A DNA stretch of 64,000 nucleotides, taken from positions 32,001 through 96,000 of the IMG/VR virus record IMGVR_UViG_3300025141_016305. One strand, 5' to 3'. The stretch comes from a virus. Of the stretch, positions 28,481 through 37,305 are shown piece by piece (the first letter of the stretch is position 1; each line of letters begins with the position of its first letter). The notes under the pieces are model-generated. The model saw only the letters and a list, made by a program, of their open reading frames with translations, did not search any database and was not told where the DNA came from. The translations under genes and the position numbers were made by a program.

Positions 28481-28891
28481 CTAGAATGTTGAGCATGCGG
28501 CAAAGAGCTTATCACTGCCGTGGGGAGTCCCACTGCTTTTAAAGTAGACTCTATCAACTCCGCTTATTTCAAAAATTTGCACTTTTGTTTGACTGGCAGT
28601 CGCTGTCATGGTGACCGCGCCGCCTAGTCCTGTGAGTTTTCCCCAAGTCCCAAAAGCATGCGAATACGCCCATACGGTAACTGTTGGAGCCACTCCGCCG
28701 GCTTCAGTGTAAGCTAAGTGGAGATATCTTTGATTTTCTGTGGCGTAGCCGTCTGTTACTGCGGAAGGGTCTGCTCCCCCAGAGGCAACCAAGGTAACAG
28801 TCGCAGAAGCCCCTTGGGCATGTGTTAGGTTCTTCGGGCCCCTTGTTCTACCCCAACTTGTGTTTTTAAAGACATTATTGTCATGTGCCAT
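28481..28891 (-). CDS. Small virion protein, stand-alone paralog of the C-terminal domain of 27278-28471
   Basis: Shared TSWGRTR.PKN, TENQR.LHL, YSHA.GTW, FE.SGVDRVYFKS and LFAA.STF. Confidence 0.65.
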   Translation of the reverse strand: MAHDNNVFKNTSWGRTRGPKNLTHAQGASATVTLVASGGADPSAVTDGYATENQRYLHLAYTEAGGVAPTVTVWAYSHAFGTWGKLTGLGGAVTMTATASQTKVQIFEISGVDRVYFKSSGTPHGSDKLFAACSTF

Positions 28892-28909
28892 TGGCTTTAT
28901 TCTCCTATA

Positions 28910-29149
28910 TTACTTATATTCGTTTTTGAATTTATCTTTATATTTTTCTGTCATTTGCTGATATTTTCTTTTTCTGTTTTCTCTTTTTTCTTTCAAAGTT
29001 TGAGATTTCTTCTTAAAATATCTTCTTCTGCGGACTTCGTCAAAGAGGCCTGACTTCTTGCATTTCCTATTAAACTTTTTAATCAACCTTTGAAGTTGGC
29101 TTTGGTCTCTTATTGTGATCTCTATGTGACAAGGTTTTCCTCTGCTCAT
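28910..29149 (-). CDS. rpsU: Phage-encoded ribosomal protein bS21
   Basis: 79 aa, highly basic; L..LIKKFNRKCKKSGLFDEVRRRRYFKKKS..LKEK matches the bS21 ALRRFKR...G...E.R.R..Y.KPS consensus. Confidence 0.85.
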   Translation of the reverse strand: MSRGKPCHIEITIRDQSQLQRLIKKFNRKCKKSGLFDEVRRRRYFKKKSQTLKEKRENRKRKYQQMTEKYKDKFKNEYK

Positions 29150-29160
29150 TATTTATTCCT

Positions 29161-29583
29161 TTACTTTAAAACATTCCACTTTTGGCCGGCGAGGCCAAAT
29201 AACCCACTTATATCAACGCCCGCATCATTAGGGTCTCGCCCTGACAGTGCGCCGGATGCTGTAGAGGCGCCTGGTGCACCACTTGATTTAAGCGGCTCTG
29301 TACCTTCGAAGACGTTTTTCATCCTGGAACTTCCCATTGCATCAAGCATTTTTCTTTTGGTCTCAAGGAGCTTCTTTCTTTTTTCTTCTTCTGCTTCCTT
29401 TTTCGCCTTTAAATTAACTTTTGGTTTAGTTTTTTGTGGTTGCTGCTTTTGCTCCACGACTAAACCTTGGGCCTTTGTTAATCCAAAAGCAACTTCTGCT
29501 ACCAAATTAGATAATATGCCTTCCTCAAAAAGGATTTCTTTTACACACTCTTTTATTATCTTTTTTAATTCTGATTTTTTCAT
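29161..29583 (-). CDS. Hypothetical head-module protein with MKKSELKKIIKECVKE N-terminus
   Basis: Coupled to the protease gene; N-terminal motif shared with 40713-41147 and 41154-41324. Confidence 0.6.
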   Translation of the reverse strand: MKKSELKKIIKECVKEILFEEGILSNLVAEVAFGLTKAQGLVVEQKQQPQKTKPKVNLKAKKEAEEEKRKKLLETKRKMLDAMGSSRMKNVFEGTEPLKSSGAPGASTASGALSGRDPNDAGVDISGLFGLAGQKWNVLK

Positions 29584-30185
29584 TATTTTTCAAACTTATA
29601 TAATATGCTGTTTAAAGCACGATTAATTTTATCCCCCTTGTTGAAAATATTTGTTGGTCCTTTGGCTTCCGTCATCATAAAGGCACCGGGGGTCGATGGA
29701 TCTGAAACCATGTCAAAACATATTAATTGAAAATCGTCCTCTACCATGGTTTGCCCGTTCCTCTCTGTAACTGAGCCCATTCCTCTAGAGGAGATGCCCA
29801 ACATTACTCCTGATTCTACAAGTGATCTAAGTATTTTTCCGGAAGGCGTTTCTAGAACTCGTATAGTTCCCATGCATTTATTGCCTTCCATCCAAATTTT
29901 CGTCACCATGTGTGAGGCATTTGCAAGATTGATAACTGAAGAGTCGGGATGGTCTAGCTCTCCTAGGGCTCGGTTTTCTTTGACCAAGCGAGCAAAATTC
30001 TTAACTTCTCGCTCTAAGATAGAGTGAGGATAAACTCTGCCATTTCCGTTTTGAGTCTCAGACATCTGCATTAATCCGGAAAGCATAATTCCGCCGTCGG
30101 AGACAAACTTCTTATCAGCCTCTGATAAAAGATCTTGGCAAACGCCACCTTCGCATAATTCGTAATATTCTCTTATAAGTTTCAT
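29583..30185 (-). CDS. Prohead core protease (T4 gp21-like); ATG start at 30185
   Basis: NGNGRVYP, ALGELDHP, ASH, TPSGKIL, LGISSRGMGS and DMVSDPSTPGA; GAGG RBS before the ATG. Confidence 0.95.
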   Translation of the reverse strand: MKLIREYYELCEGGVCQDLLSEADKKFVSDGGIMLSGLMQMSETQNGNGRVYPHSILEREVKNFARLVKENRALGELDHPDSSVINLANASHMVTKIWMEGNKCMGTIRVLETPSGKILRSLVESGVMLGISSRGMGSVTERNGQTMVEDDFQLICFDMVSDPSTPGAFMMTEAKGPTNIFNKGDKINRALNSILYKFEK

Positions 30186-30223
30186 TTTATACCTCACTTA
30201 TTAGCGGGGGCTACCCGCCTCAT

Positions 30224-30289
30224 CTAAGATCCCTTGCAACAGCGAGCGACCGGTCGAATCATCCATCTTATTTTTGTTAGTGGCTTCAT
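30224..30289 (-). CDS. Unannotated 21-aa peptide MKPLTKIRWMIRPVARCCKGS
   Basis: AAAGGAG RBS and ATGA overlap with the upstream stop; fills the gap between two head genes. Confidence 0.55.
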   Translation of the reverse strand: MKPLTKIRWMIRPVARCCKGS

Positions 30290-30615
30290 TTTTCTCCTTT
30301 TTCTCTTGTTGTAACTCTTAAACTTCTCTCTATTTTAAGGCCTTCATCGCCAAAAACCATATTTGGTACATAGGCCGCGGCGGAGGCAGCAAACCCACAT
30401 AAGAATGCCGTAACTAAAGAATCGTCAAAAGTAAATAGTTCTGTGTGATCCTTTACGAACCACAAAAATATTCCAACCCAAAAACCCATACACATTGGAC
30501 AGCTAAGCAATTGCCCTAACTTTCCTGATTCTGGGCGGATTAGGTCTAGAATTTTTCCGTATACGAGGATTTGGGTGAGCCCATACGAAATAAGGCAAAA
30601 CCAGATAAAGCTCAT
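30286..30615 (-). CDS. DUF1360-like membrane protein with CPMC motif
   Basis: Three hydrophobic segments; LLSCPMCMGFWVG. Confidence 0.7.
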   Translation of the reverse strand: MSFIWFCLISYGLTQILVYGKILDLIRPESGKLGQLLSCPMCMGFWVGIFLWFVKDHTELFTFDDSLVTAFLCGFAASAAAYVPNMVFGDEGLKIERSLRVTTREKGEK

Positions 30616-31157
30616 TAATCTTCACTTTCACCCTCTCTAACAAGAGAGTAATTATATTGAAACCCAAATGGCCTGACTCGGCTATCCATTGAACCCTTTT
30701 TATCTGATTGGGGCACATCACCTAAATCAGTTGAATCTTCGTTGTCTGGGAGTAATAAGGAGTCTAGCCTGTCTTCTTCGTAGTCCGCGGAAGACTTAAA
30801 ATATGGTTTTTCTTCTTGTATGTATTGATGAACACTATATAGGAAAGCCTGCATCTGATCGATTCCTGGAATTTTAGACTCTAGCATTTCTGCTTCTAGA
30901 GATCCGAAAACATTTCCGCCTCTTACACTATTCCTGCTTATAAGGCCCTTATTTGCCAGAAATTTAAAAATCCTATCTTGTGCAGAATACACTTTATCCG
31001 ACATATTATCTTTAGGAAAAGTTACAAATTTCTTTTTTTCGTGCATTAAAACTATATCGATATCTTCATGATCCATAATCATGATATCGCCATTTAAAGT
31101 TCTTCTAGCCTTCAGAGAGACCCTAGGGTCTAACTTTATGTCTACACTAATCGTCAT
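30615..31157 (-). CDS. Hypothetical protein (head module)
   Basis: Overlaps/couples to both neighbours; no family recognised. Confidence 0.6.
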   Translation of the reverse strand: MTISVDIKLDPRVSLKARRTLNGDIMIMDHEDIDIVLMHEKKKFVTFPKDNMSDKVYSAQDRIFKFLANKGLISRNSVRGGNVFGSLEAEMLESKIPGIDQMQAFLYSVHQYIQEEKPYFKSSADYEEDRLDSLLLPDNEDSTDLGDVPQSDKKGSMDSRVRPFGFQYNYSLVREGESED

Positions 31158-31977
31158 TTTTATTTATCTCTTCTAAGAGGTCTTGCGTTTTTAAAACAAC
31201 TTCTATGGTTTCTGTGTCTATCTCTTTGTTTTTTGATAAATCTAGAATATTATAAACTTTTTCTACCTTTTCTTTAAGGGAATTATCATTTTTTATAAGC
31301 TCTTCTCTTTTCACAACTTGAAGCTTGTCCTTCAGTTTTCCTATTTCTTCGTTCAAATACATTTTTAGGCCTAGGCCGTTGTCAGCAAAAGAAGAAACAT
31401 AGTGACCAAGAAGGTCCCTTTGACCTTCGTTTAGAGCATCGGCATATTCTTCGTTAAATTTGCTAACAAAAGTATTATATACAAGAGAGTCAATTGGCTG
31501 TTGCCCTTCTTGCTTTGTTTCGACAGAGGCAGACATTTGATCAACTATATTCTCCTCTAACAAAACTCGATCCTTTACAGGCAACGCATCTTGAAATATA
31601 GAATAAACAGAAGCTATACTTTTAAAATTAGGAACAAAGTTAGTGAAAACCTTATTAGATAGCATTTTATTGATCTTATTTATCAAAGCTGATTGTTCTT
31701 GAAAAATCTGCTTCTTGTTAAGTGAATTATATCTATTTTTAGCTTCTACTACAATTTTCTCCGCGGTGTTCTTTTCAATATGTCTAGTTTCGTATATTGA
31801 TCGATATAGGTCCAGCTCCTCTTTTAATATGGAAGCTCTTCCAAAATGGTCTTTTATAATTGAAACAATTTTGTTTTGTTTGTTTTTATTGTTTTTGACA
31901 ACAGACTCTGTTAGCTCTCTGACTAATGCCTCATAAACAAAAGCAGTGTTACGTTTCTTATTATGTTTCAGTCTCAT
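31147..31977 (-). CDS. Hypothetical helical protein downstream of portal
   Basis: MRLKHNKKRNTAFVYEALVRE start; overlaps the portal stop. Confidence 0.6.
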   Translation of the reverse strand: MRLKHNKKRNTAFVYEALVRELTESVVKNNKNKQNKIVSIIKDHFGRASILKEELDLYRSIYETRHIEKNTAEKIVVEAKNRYNSLNKKQIFQEQSALINKINKMLSNKVFTNFVPNFKSIASVYSIFQDALPVKDRVLLEENIVDQMSASVETKQEGQQPIDSLVYNTFVSKFNEEYADALNEGQRDLLGHYVSSFADNGLGLKMYLNEEIGKLKDKLQVVKREELIKNDNSLKEKVEKVYNILDLSKNKEIDTETIEVVLKTQDLLEEINKNDD

Positions 31978-33985
31978 CTTTTTCGTCCCTCGCTTTTAAA
32001 CTTTCAAAAAGATTGTTTATTTCTTTTTCGTTGCGCAGCAACTTCAGCTCTTCTAATTTATAATTAGTATTTTCTTCTGCATATACCCTTGTTCCTCGGG
32101 CTAGACCCGCAAGTTCGTCATATCCAGGTAAAGTTTTTCTGATTGAGCCCACCTCCGGAGAGGCTGCTCTATTCATGTTCTTTTTTCTTGGCCCAGAGCT
32201 TTTTCGACGGTCGCCGGCGGCTTTCAGGCTGCGGGGCTCATACCATCCGTGAGATTTATCTGTGGTTGTTCTCCCCTTTTTATCGGTCACCTTTCCGGGC
32301 GTGTCATCTCTCTTGGCTGGGGGCGCGGCAAGTAAATCACCCTCTTCTGGACCTGTAGGTTCTGCTGGTTCTGTGCCTGTATCGTCTGGGGTTGGCTCTC
32401 CTGCTCTGAGATCTGCTTCTGCACCGACTGTTCCTACGCCGCCGGGAACGCCGGCGTCTCCACCCTCTAGTCCCAGATCATCAACCCCAGCATCTAAGCC
32501 AGCAGTGGCCTCAGCCTGTTCGGCTTCTGCGGCGGTTTCTAGGGCCGCCTCAAACTTGCGATCATAGAACATTTCTCTTCTATTTCTGACGAAATCATCA
32601 TCTGACATGCCAAACAGTGTTTTTGACAGCCATTGCTTTGAAAAGAAACCTTCAGTTGCTGAAGATGCTATATCAAATTTAGATTTCCAATGTTCAAGCT
32701 CTTGCATTTCTGCAATTTTAGAAGGATTATTTAATTGACAAGTAAAAGAAACTAGATCCTCATCTCTATAACCCATGGTGTATAAATGAATAATTCCGAT
32801 CTTTTCTAACTCTGTTATAATCGACCTTTGCAACCTTTGAATAGTTCTTGCAAAGCGAATATCTTTTTGTGCCAAAGTAGTTTTATCTTCTTGAATATTT
32901 TCCCCATCCGATGAAATATAAGACGCGGGGACCTTTAATGCTGAAAATAGTTTGTCTCTTAAGTATTTTACGTCATCAATGTCTCCAGTATATTGTCCAC
33001 CTTGTACAGACTCTATTTTCGTTCCAGTGGTCTGGCCGCGGACTGGAATGAAGTAATCTTCTTCAACGGACAATGGATTGTATCTCAGATCCACTCGGCC
33101 AGTAGAACTATCAACAACTTGGTTTCTCTTCATGGTTGTCATTACTTTCTGCATATATTGTTCTACATCTTGAGGGGCTATATTTCCAACATCAACATAA
33201 AAAGCTCTCCTCTCTGGTGATCGGACTATGCGATAAGCCATCATCGCGTCTTCAAGTAATGTTAGTTGGCGCCAGATGCGACGGGCCGGCTCTAGGACTG
33301 AAGTTCCATATGGACTATATTTGTCTTGGCCAAGGACCCTAAAGTGACCTACTTGCCAATTCTCAAAAGTTAATCCGGCGGAGTTCCACTGGTATTGTAC
33401 ATAATTTGGGTTTGTTTTATCCTCTCCTTCTAACCTCTCTACCTCTTGGGTCGGAAGACCGATAACTGAGGTGATTCCTAATTTTTCATCCAAATCTAAA
33501 TACAAAAAGAAATCACCATATTTACACATCGTTCTACACCAAGCAAAAAGATTGTGATTAATGTTAAGAACATCGTGGTACATAGAGTCTAATATTGCTC
33601 GAATCTCTTCATTTTCGCACACAACTTTAAGCATTGGAGTTAAAGCTGAGTATGTTGTCATTTCATCTGCATAAATATCTAGTGCAGATGCTATTTCTGG
33701 TGTGTATTCCATCTGGTCAAAGTCGACATACCTTTCTGTTCTCTGTTGGCTAGCCATAACATTTGCTTGCAAGTTATCGTAAGGATTATAGGCAGTTTTC
33801 TTAAAATCTCTTCCGGAAGCCGATGTGAATTTGGATGAGAACTTGTCCAAATCTATTCTTCTTAGTCTGTGATTTGTCTGAGTTCTGTAATTTGTTAGAG
33901 GACCCGAGAGTAACCTGGTCAGCCTTCTGAAAAGCAAACTTTGCGGATTTCTTGTGTTTTTCTTATTCTTGCTGTTGTCAGCCAT
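31961..33985 (-). CDS. Portal protein (T4 gp20-like)
   Basis: PEIASALDIYADE, PYGTSVLE.ARRIWRQL.LLEDAM..YRI.R.PERR.FYVDVGN, EEDYFIP.RG and DDVKYLRDKLF.ALKVP. Confidence 0.95.
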   Translation of the reverse strand: MADNSKNKKNTRNPQSLLFRRLTRLLSGPLTNYRTQTNHRLRRIDLDKFSSKFTSASGRDFKKTAYNPYDNLQANVMASQQRTERYVDFDQMEYTPEIASALDIYADEMTTYSALTPMLKVVCENEEIRAILDSMYHDVLNINHNLFAWCRTMCKYGDFFLYLDLDEKLGITSVIGLPTQEVERLEGEDKTNPNYVQYQWNSAGLTFENWQVGHFRVLGQDKYSPYGTSVLEPARRIWRQLTLLEDAMMAYRIVRSPERRAFYVDVGNIAPQDVEQYMQKVMTTMKRNQVVDSSTGRVDLRYNPLSVEEDYFIPVRGQTTGTKIESVQGGQYTGDIDDVKYLRDKLFSALKVPASYISSDGENIQEDKTTLAQKDIRFARTIQRLQRSIITELEKIGIIHLYTMGYRDEDLVSFTCQLNNPSKIAEMQELEHWKSKFDIASSATEGFFSKQWLSKTLFGMSDDDFVRNRREMFYDRKFEAALETAAEAEQAEATAGLDAGVDDLGLEGGDAGVPGGVGTVGAEADLRAGEPTPDDTGTEPAEPTGPEEGDLLAAPPAKRDDTPGKVTDKKGRTTTDKSHGWYEPRSLKAAGDRRKSSGPRKKNMNRAASPEVGSIRKTLPGYDELAGLARGTRVYAEENTNYKLEELKLLRNEKEINNLFESLKARDEKDETET

Positions 33986-33994
33986 TATTTATAC

Positions 33995-35581
33995 CTACCC
34001 TTTAAATAGCCATGGAAAATCTGTTACGGCCGATTGGTGTTTATTCATTGTCTCTTTCATCTTAAGGTTCTTAATACCTATCATACCATTTATTCTGGTG
34101 TCTAATTCGTTTGATGATTTAGTTATTGCACCAATAAAGGCTTTATTATAATCTGACTGAAGCTTGTTTGCGGACAGGGCCGTGTCTCGAACCCAACACC
34201 CGACGGCGCACGACATTATCAGATCGTCATTATAAGATCTCATAGCTTCTGGTCTTCCATTGTTCCAAATAAACGTCTTCATCTCAGATAAAAGTCTGGA
34301 AGAATATATCTTAATTAGATTGTTTCTTATGAATTCCTCCATCTTTGCCACGATTAGAGGCCTTGTTTTCGATGTAGTAGTAAATCCAGCTACTGCGTTT
34401 GACATTTGTTCTGCTTTGTACTCTTCAACAAACTCATGAGTTGATTTAACTGAAAAATATAAATTTGGATATCTCATTTCCTTTAATTTTTCCAAAACTG
34501 CAAAGCCAACCGAATTGTTCTCTACAACCAAAAGCCCATTACCATACTCTTGCCCCAAGTCAAACAACACGCGTGAAAATATATCTGGTGTTACTTTTCC
34601 TTGATATTCTGCTATAATTTCCATGGTTTCTAAATTTAAAACATGCGCAACGGAATAGTCTTTTCCGTCGCCGCGGGCGACATCGGCAGAAATGAGGTAC
34701 GTATTTTGCGGATTTCTTTCTTCCCATATCCACAGATTTCTATCAAACCCAGTTCTATACTTTGGTTCTTTTATCATGTTAAAATATGTTTCTATATTTT
34801 CTGGTCCAAAGACTGTTTCACCAGACATATTAAAATTACATTCTAACTCTTGCGCGATTTCTCTGCGAGACATATTTCTTGTCTCTTTTTCAAACCAAGT
34901 TTGATCCCGGTCGGGATGAACGTCCCAGGGTAACTTAGTATGGTGAAAATCATTCGACATGTTTTCTGATTCTGTATATACTTTATGAAACCAATTCCCA
35001 ACACCGTTTGGTGTAGACAAAGCTATACAGCGACCACCGGTGGAGAGCGTAGGGTAAAGACCCATCCACAAATCATCTAGACCTTCGACGTGGGCGGCCT
35101 CGTCAATCACCAACAAAGATAGAGCTTCAGATCGGCCTGCATCGCCGCTTGTTGAAGATGCCTTAATTTGGGAACCATTTGATAAGATAAAAGAGGTTCT
35201 ATTATCTATTTCTACATTGGAAATTGTTAGCCATTTTGGTAAGTTTTTAATAATAGCTTTAACTTTCTTTACTAAATTAGCTGCCGTATTGAACTTTGTT
35301 GCTATAACTAAAACATTCTTTTCTCGATGAAACATCATAAGCCAAGCAACGTATGCAGCACTTATTGTTGAAATCCCAAGTTGCCTGGCCTTTAATATAA
35401 CATTAAACCTATGGTCTTCAAAATCTTCTAATAAGTCTTTTTGAAAAGGGTACAAATGAAAAGGTATCAAGCCTTTCATCGGGTGAGTAATTTTTGCATA
35501 AGTATTTATAAAATATTCGGGCTTCTTTCCACACCGAACTATTTCTTTCATTACTTCTTGCTTAGTTAATTTTAGTGACAT
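33995..35581 (-). CDS. terL: Terminase large subunit (gp17-like)
   Basis: Walker A LKARQLGIST, Walker B LLVIDEAA, LSTPNG, QELECNF; nuclease SADVARG..DYS, VENN and NDDL. Confidence 0.96.
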   Translation of the reverse strand: MSLKLTKQEVMKEIVRCGKKPEYFINTYAKITHPMKGLIPFHLYPFQKDLLEDFEDHRFNVILKARQLGISTISAAYVAWLMMFHREKNVLVIATKFNTAANLVKKVKAIIKNLPKWLTISNVEIDNRTSFILSNGSQIKASSTSGDAGRSEALSLLVIDEAAHVEGLDDLWMGLYPTLSTGGRCIALSTPNGVGNWFHKVYTESENMSNDFHHTKLPWDVHPDRDQTWFEKETRNMSRREIAQELECNFNMSGETVFGPENIETYFNMIKEPKYRTGFDRNLWIWEERNPQNTYLISADVARGDGKDYSVAHVLNLETMEIIAEYQGKVTPDIFSRVLFDLGQEYGNGLLVVENNSVGFAVLEKLKEMRYPNLYFSVKSTHEFVEEYKAEQMSNAVAGFTTTSKTRPLIVAKMEEFIRNNLIKIYSSRLLSEMKTFIWNNGRPEAMRSYNDDLIMSCAVGCWVRDTALSANKLQSDYNKAFIGAITKSSNELDTRINGMIGIKNLKMKETMNKHQSAVTDFPWLFKG

Positions 35582-35588
35582 TTAACTC

Positions 35589-36089
35589 TCAGCTTTTAAG
35601 GCCGCCGAGTGATAACCACTTGCGAGTTGCTGAGTCTAATTGTTCTTCAGATTCCGGTGTATTTTCTTCTGCTTCTCCGCCGCCAATAACCCAACACTTA
35701 TGGACCTTTACGCTGCAGCGGATTCGGGAAATATATTCAACAAATACATCAACTTCGGATGGGTCCGATAAGGAAAGGGCGCTCTTTTTGATCTTTTTGT
35801 ACTCCTTTTGGATAAAGGATTTTACTTTTTCTATCATAGATTCCATTTCTCCTTCAAAATCGTTGTTATGAACTTCCTTAAGAGGTATTTCAGAGTGATA
35901 TTTGATGTGAAGGCGGTCTCCGGAAACGTGGGCGCCGAAGCCGTCCATAACCCTAGAATCTACTAGTGCGTTCCCTTCTTCCCTTCTTAGGCCTATTTTA
36001 ATAGGTTCTCCCTTTTCATCTAACGCGCCATCGTGGGAATTAGATACCACCTGAGAGATACAGTTAATAATTTCTAAAGTTGTTGCCAT
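35589..36089 (-). CDS. Hypothetical protein
   Basis: ORF with GAGG RBS and upstream late-type motif; no family recognised. Confidence 0.6.
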   Translation of the reverse strand: MATTLEIINCISQVVSNSHDGALDEKGEPIKIGLRREEGNALVDSRVMDGFGAHVSGDRLHIKYHSEIPLKEVHNNDFEGEMESMIEKVKSFIQKEYKKIKKSALSLSDPSEVDVFVEYISRIRCSVKVHKCWVIGGGEAEENTPESEEQLDSATRKWLSLGGLKS

Positions 36090-36133
36090 TGTTTAAAATC
36101 CTCTACTATAAATAGCTTGCTAGTAATAAATAG

Positions 36134-36502
36134 TTAGTTATTTGGTCTCCAGCCAGTTTTCCATCTTTCTTCTCGGTCTTCCACATGTTGAATGTAACAA
36201 TCAAAACAGCATTCGAATTTATTCATATATAAGTCGTCACTTGCAGAGAAAGAATACGAAGTACAAATAGGACATATTCTTTCAGCCTTATTTTGCTTTC
36301 TCTTCTCTCTGACGACAAAACCCTCTAATTCTGTGGTTTGTTTTTTACTTTTTTCATTCTTATAAAATTCTTTTAAGTCTTCTAGGTATTTCTTTTCTTT
36401 TTCTTCGTCCCAGTGTTTTTTAGGGTTTTGTATTGCATCGTCGCCATACTTTTCTTTTATGACTTTCTCTATTTTTGCAATATCATTTAAATCTTTTTTC
36501 AT
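36134..36502 (-). CDS. Hypothetical Cys-rich (putative Zn-binding) protein
   Basis: CPIC...CCFDC motif. Confidence 0.6.
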   Translation of the reverse strand: MKKDLNDIAKIEKVIKEKYGDDAIQNPKKHWDEEKEKKYLEDLKEFYKNEKSKKQTTELEGFVVREKRKQNKAERICPICTSYSFSASDDLYMNKFECCFDCYIQHVEDREERWKTGWRPNN

Positions 36503-36503
36503 A

Positions 36504-36971
36504 TCAATTCATTGTACTCAAAGCAATGCCGTTAGCTATGGCGGTGCCGACATAGTAAACGGCCAAAGTGGCCACCGCGCCGGCGCCGAACCACAGATAC
36601 CAATAGTCATTTGGCCTCTTAAGTGCGATCTCTTCAAGTCTTTGATTTTCCGTTTTAAGAGCAATAATAGTTTTTGCAGAGACTTCTTTGTGATATTCTA
36701 AATCTGCAGTAAGTGTCCCAATCTGTAAATCAAAATCTGCTTTTTGCTTTTCAAGCTTTTCAGACAATTTAAGTTGGCACCGTTCTTCTTCGGTTTCCTT
36801 ATCCGCAATCAATTTAGCTATTGCTGGAACATTAAAACACCATGCCTTGAAGGGAACTTCGTCACCTTTTGATAGTTCAGCTATTGTTGGCTCTGATGCT
36901 ATACTAGTTGTTGTAAAACTAACCAGTAACAGCAAAACCAAAAAGTTCTTCGAGTTTGTTGTTAATTTCAT
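36504..36971 (-). CDS. Signal-peptide, coiled-coil, C-terminal hydrophobic protein (spanin-like partner)
   Basis: N-terminal FLVLLLLVSF..SIA signal, heptad region, C-terminal YWYLWFGAGAVATLAVYYVG; overlaps the upstream gene. Confidence 0.45.
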   Translation of the reverse strand: MKLTTNSKNFLVLLLLVSFTTTSIASEPTIAELSKGDEVPFKAWCFNVPAIAKLIADKETEEERCQLKLSEKLEKQKADFDLQIGTLTADLEYHKEVSAKTIIALKTENQRLEEIALKRPNDYWYLWFGAGAVATLAVYYVGTAIANGIALSTMN

Positions 36972-37305
36972 TGGGGCTACTTTCTGCTTTCTTAATAATC
37001 TCTTTAACTTTTTTCTTTTCTTTTCTTGAAAGCTCTTTTTCTTTTATTGCATATTTCTCTTCTATTTTAACAAGAGTTTCTTGATATTTTAAGGTAAGTT
37101 CTTCTCTTTTTTGTATCTCTACATTTCTTGCATCTTGGAGAGCCTGTATCTGACTTTCATAAGACTTCTTTCTAACCTCCATTGTTTCAATGGCTGCTTG
37201 ATTGTTTTTACGTGCAAAGATAAAAATACCGATTGACCAAATCGCCATGGCAAAAACCTTCCAATGTTCTTTGACAAAGAGCCATGCTAGCTTTATTTTT
37301 ATCAT
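36919..37305 (-). CDS. Inner-membrane spanin (Rz)-like protein; start revised to 37305
   Basis: N-terminal TM (VFAMAIWSIGIFIFA) followed by a long coiled coil; ATGA overlap with the holin stop. Confidence 0.5.
   Translation of the reverse strand: MIKIKLAWLFVKEHWKVFAMAIWSIGIFIFARKNNQAAIETMEVRKKSYESQIQALQDARNVEIQKREELTLKYQETLVKIEEKYAIKEKELSRKEKKKVKEIIKKAESSPNEINNKLEELFGFAVTG

Noticed and set aside
30204-30218. Hairpin before the protease as a terminator
   Set aside because: Only a 5-bp stem and no U-tract on the coding strand; kept as a possible translational element instead.
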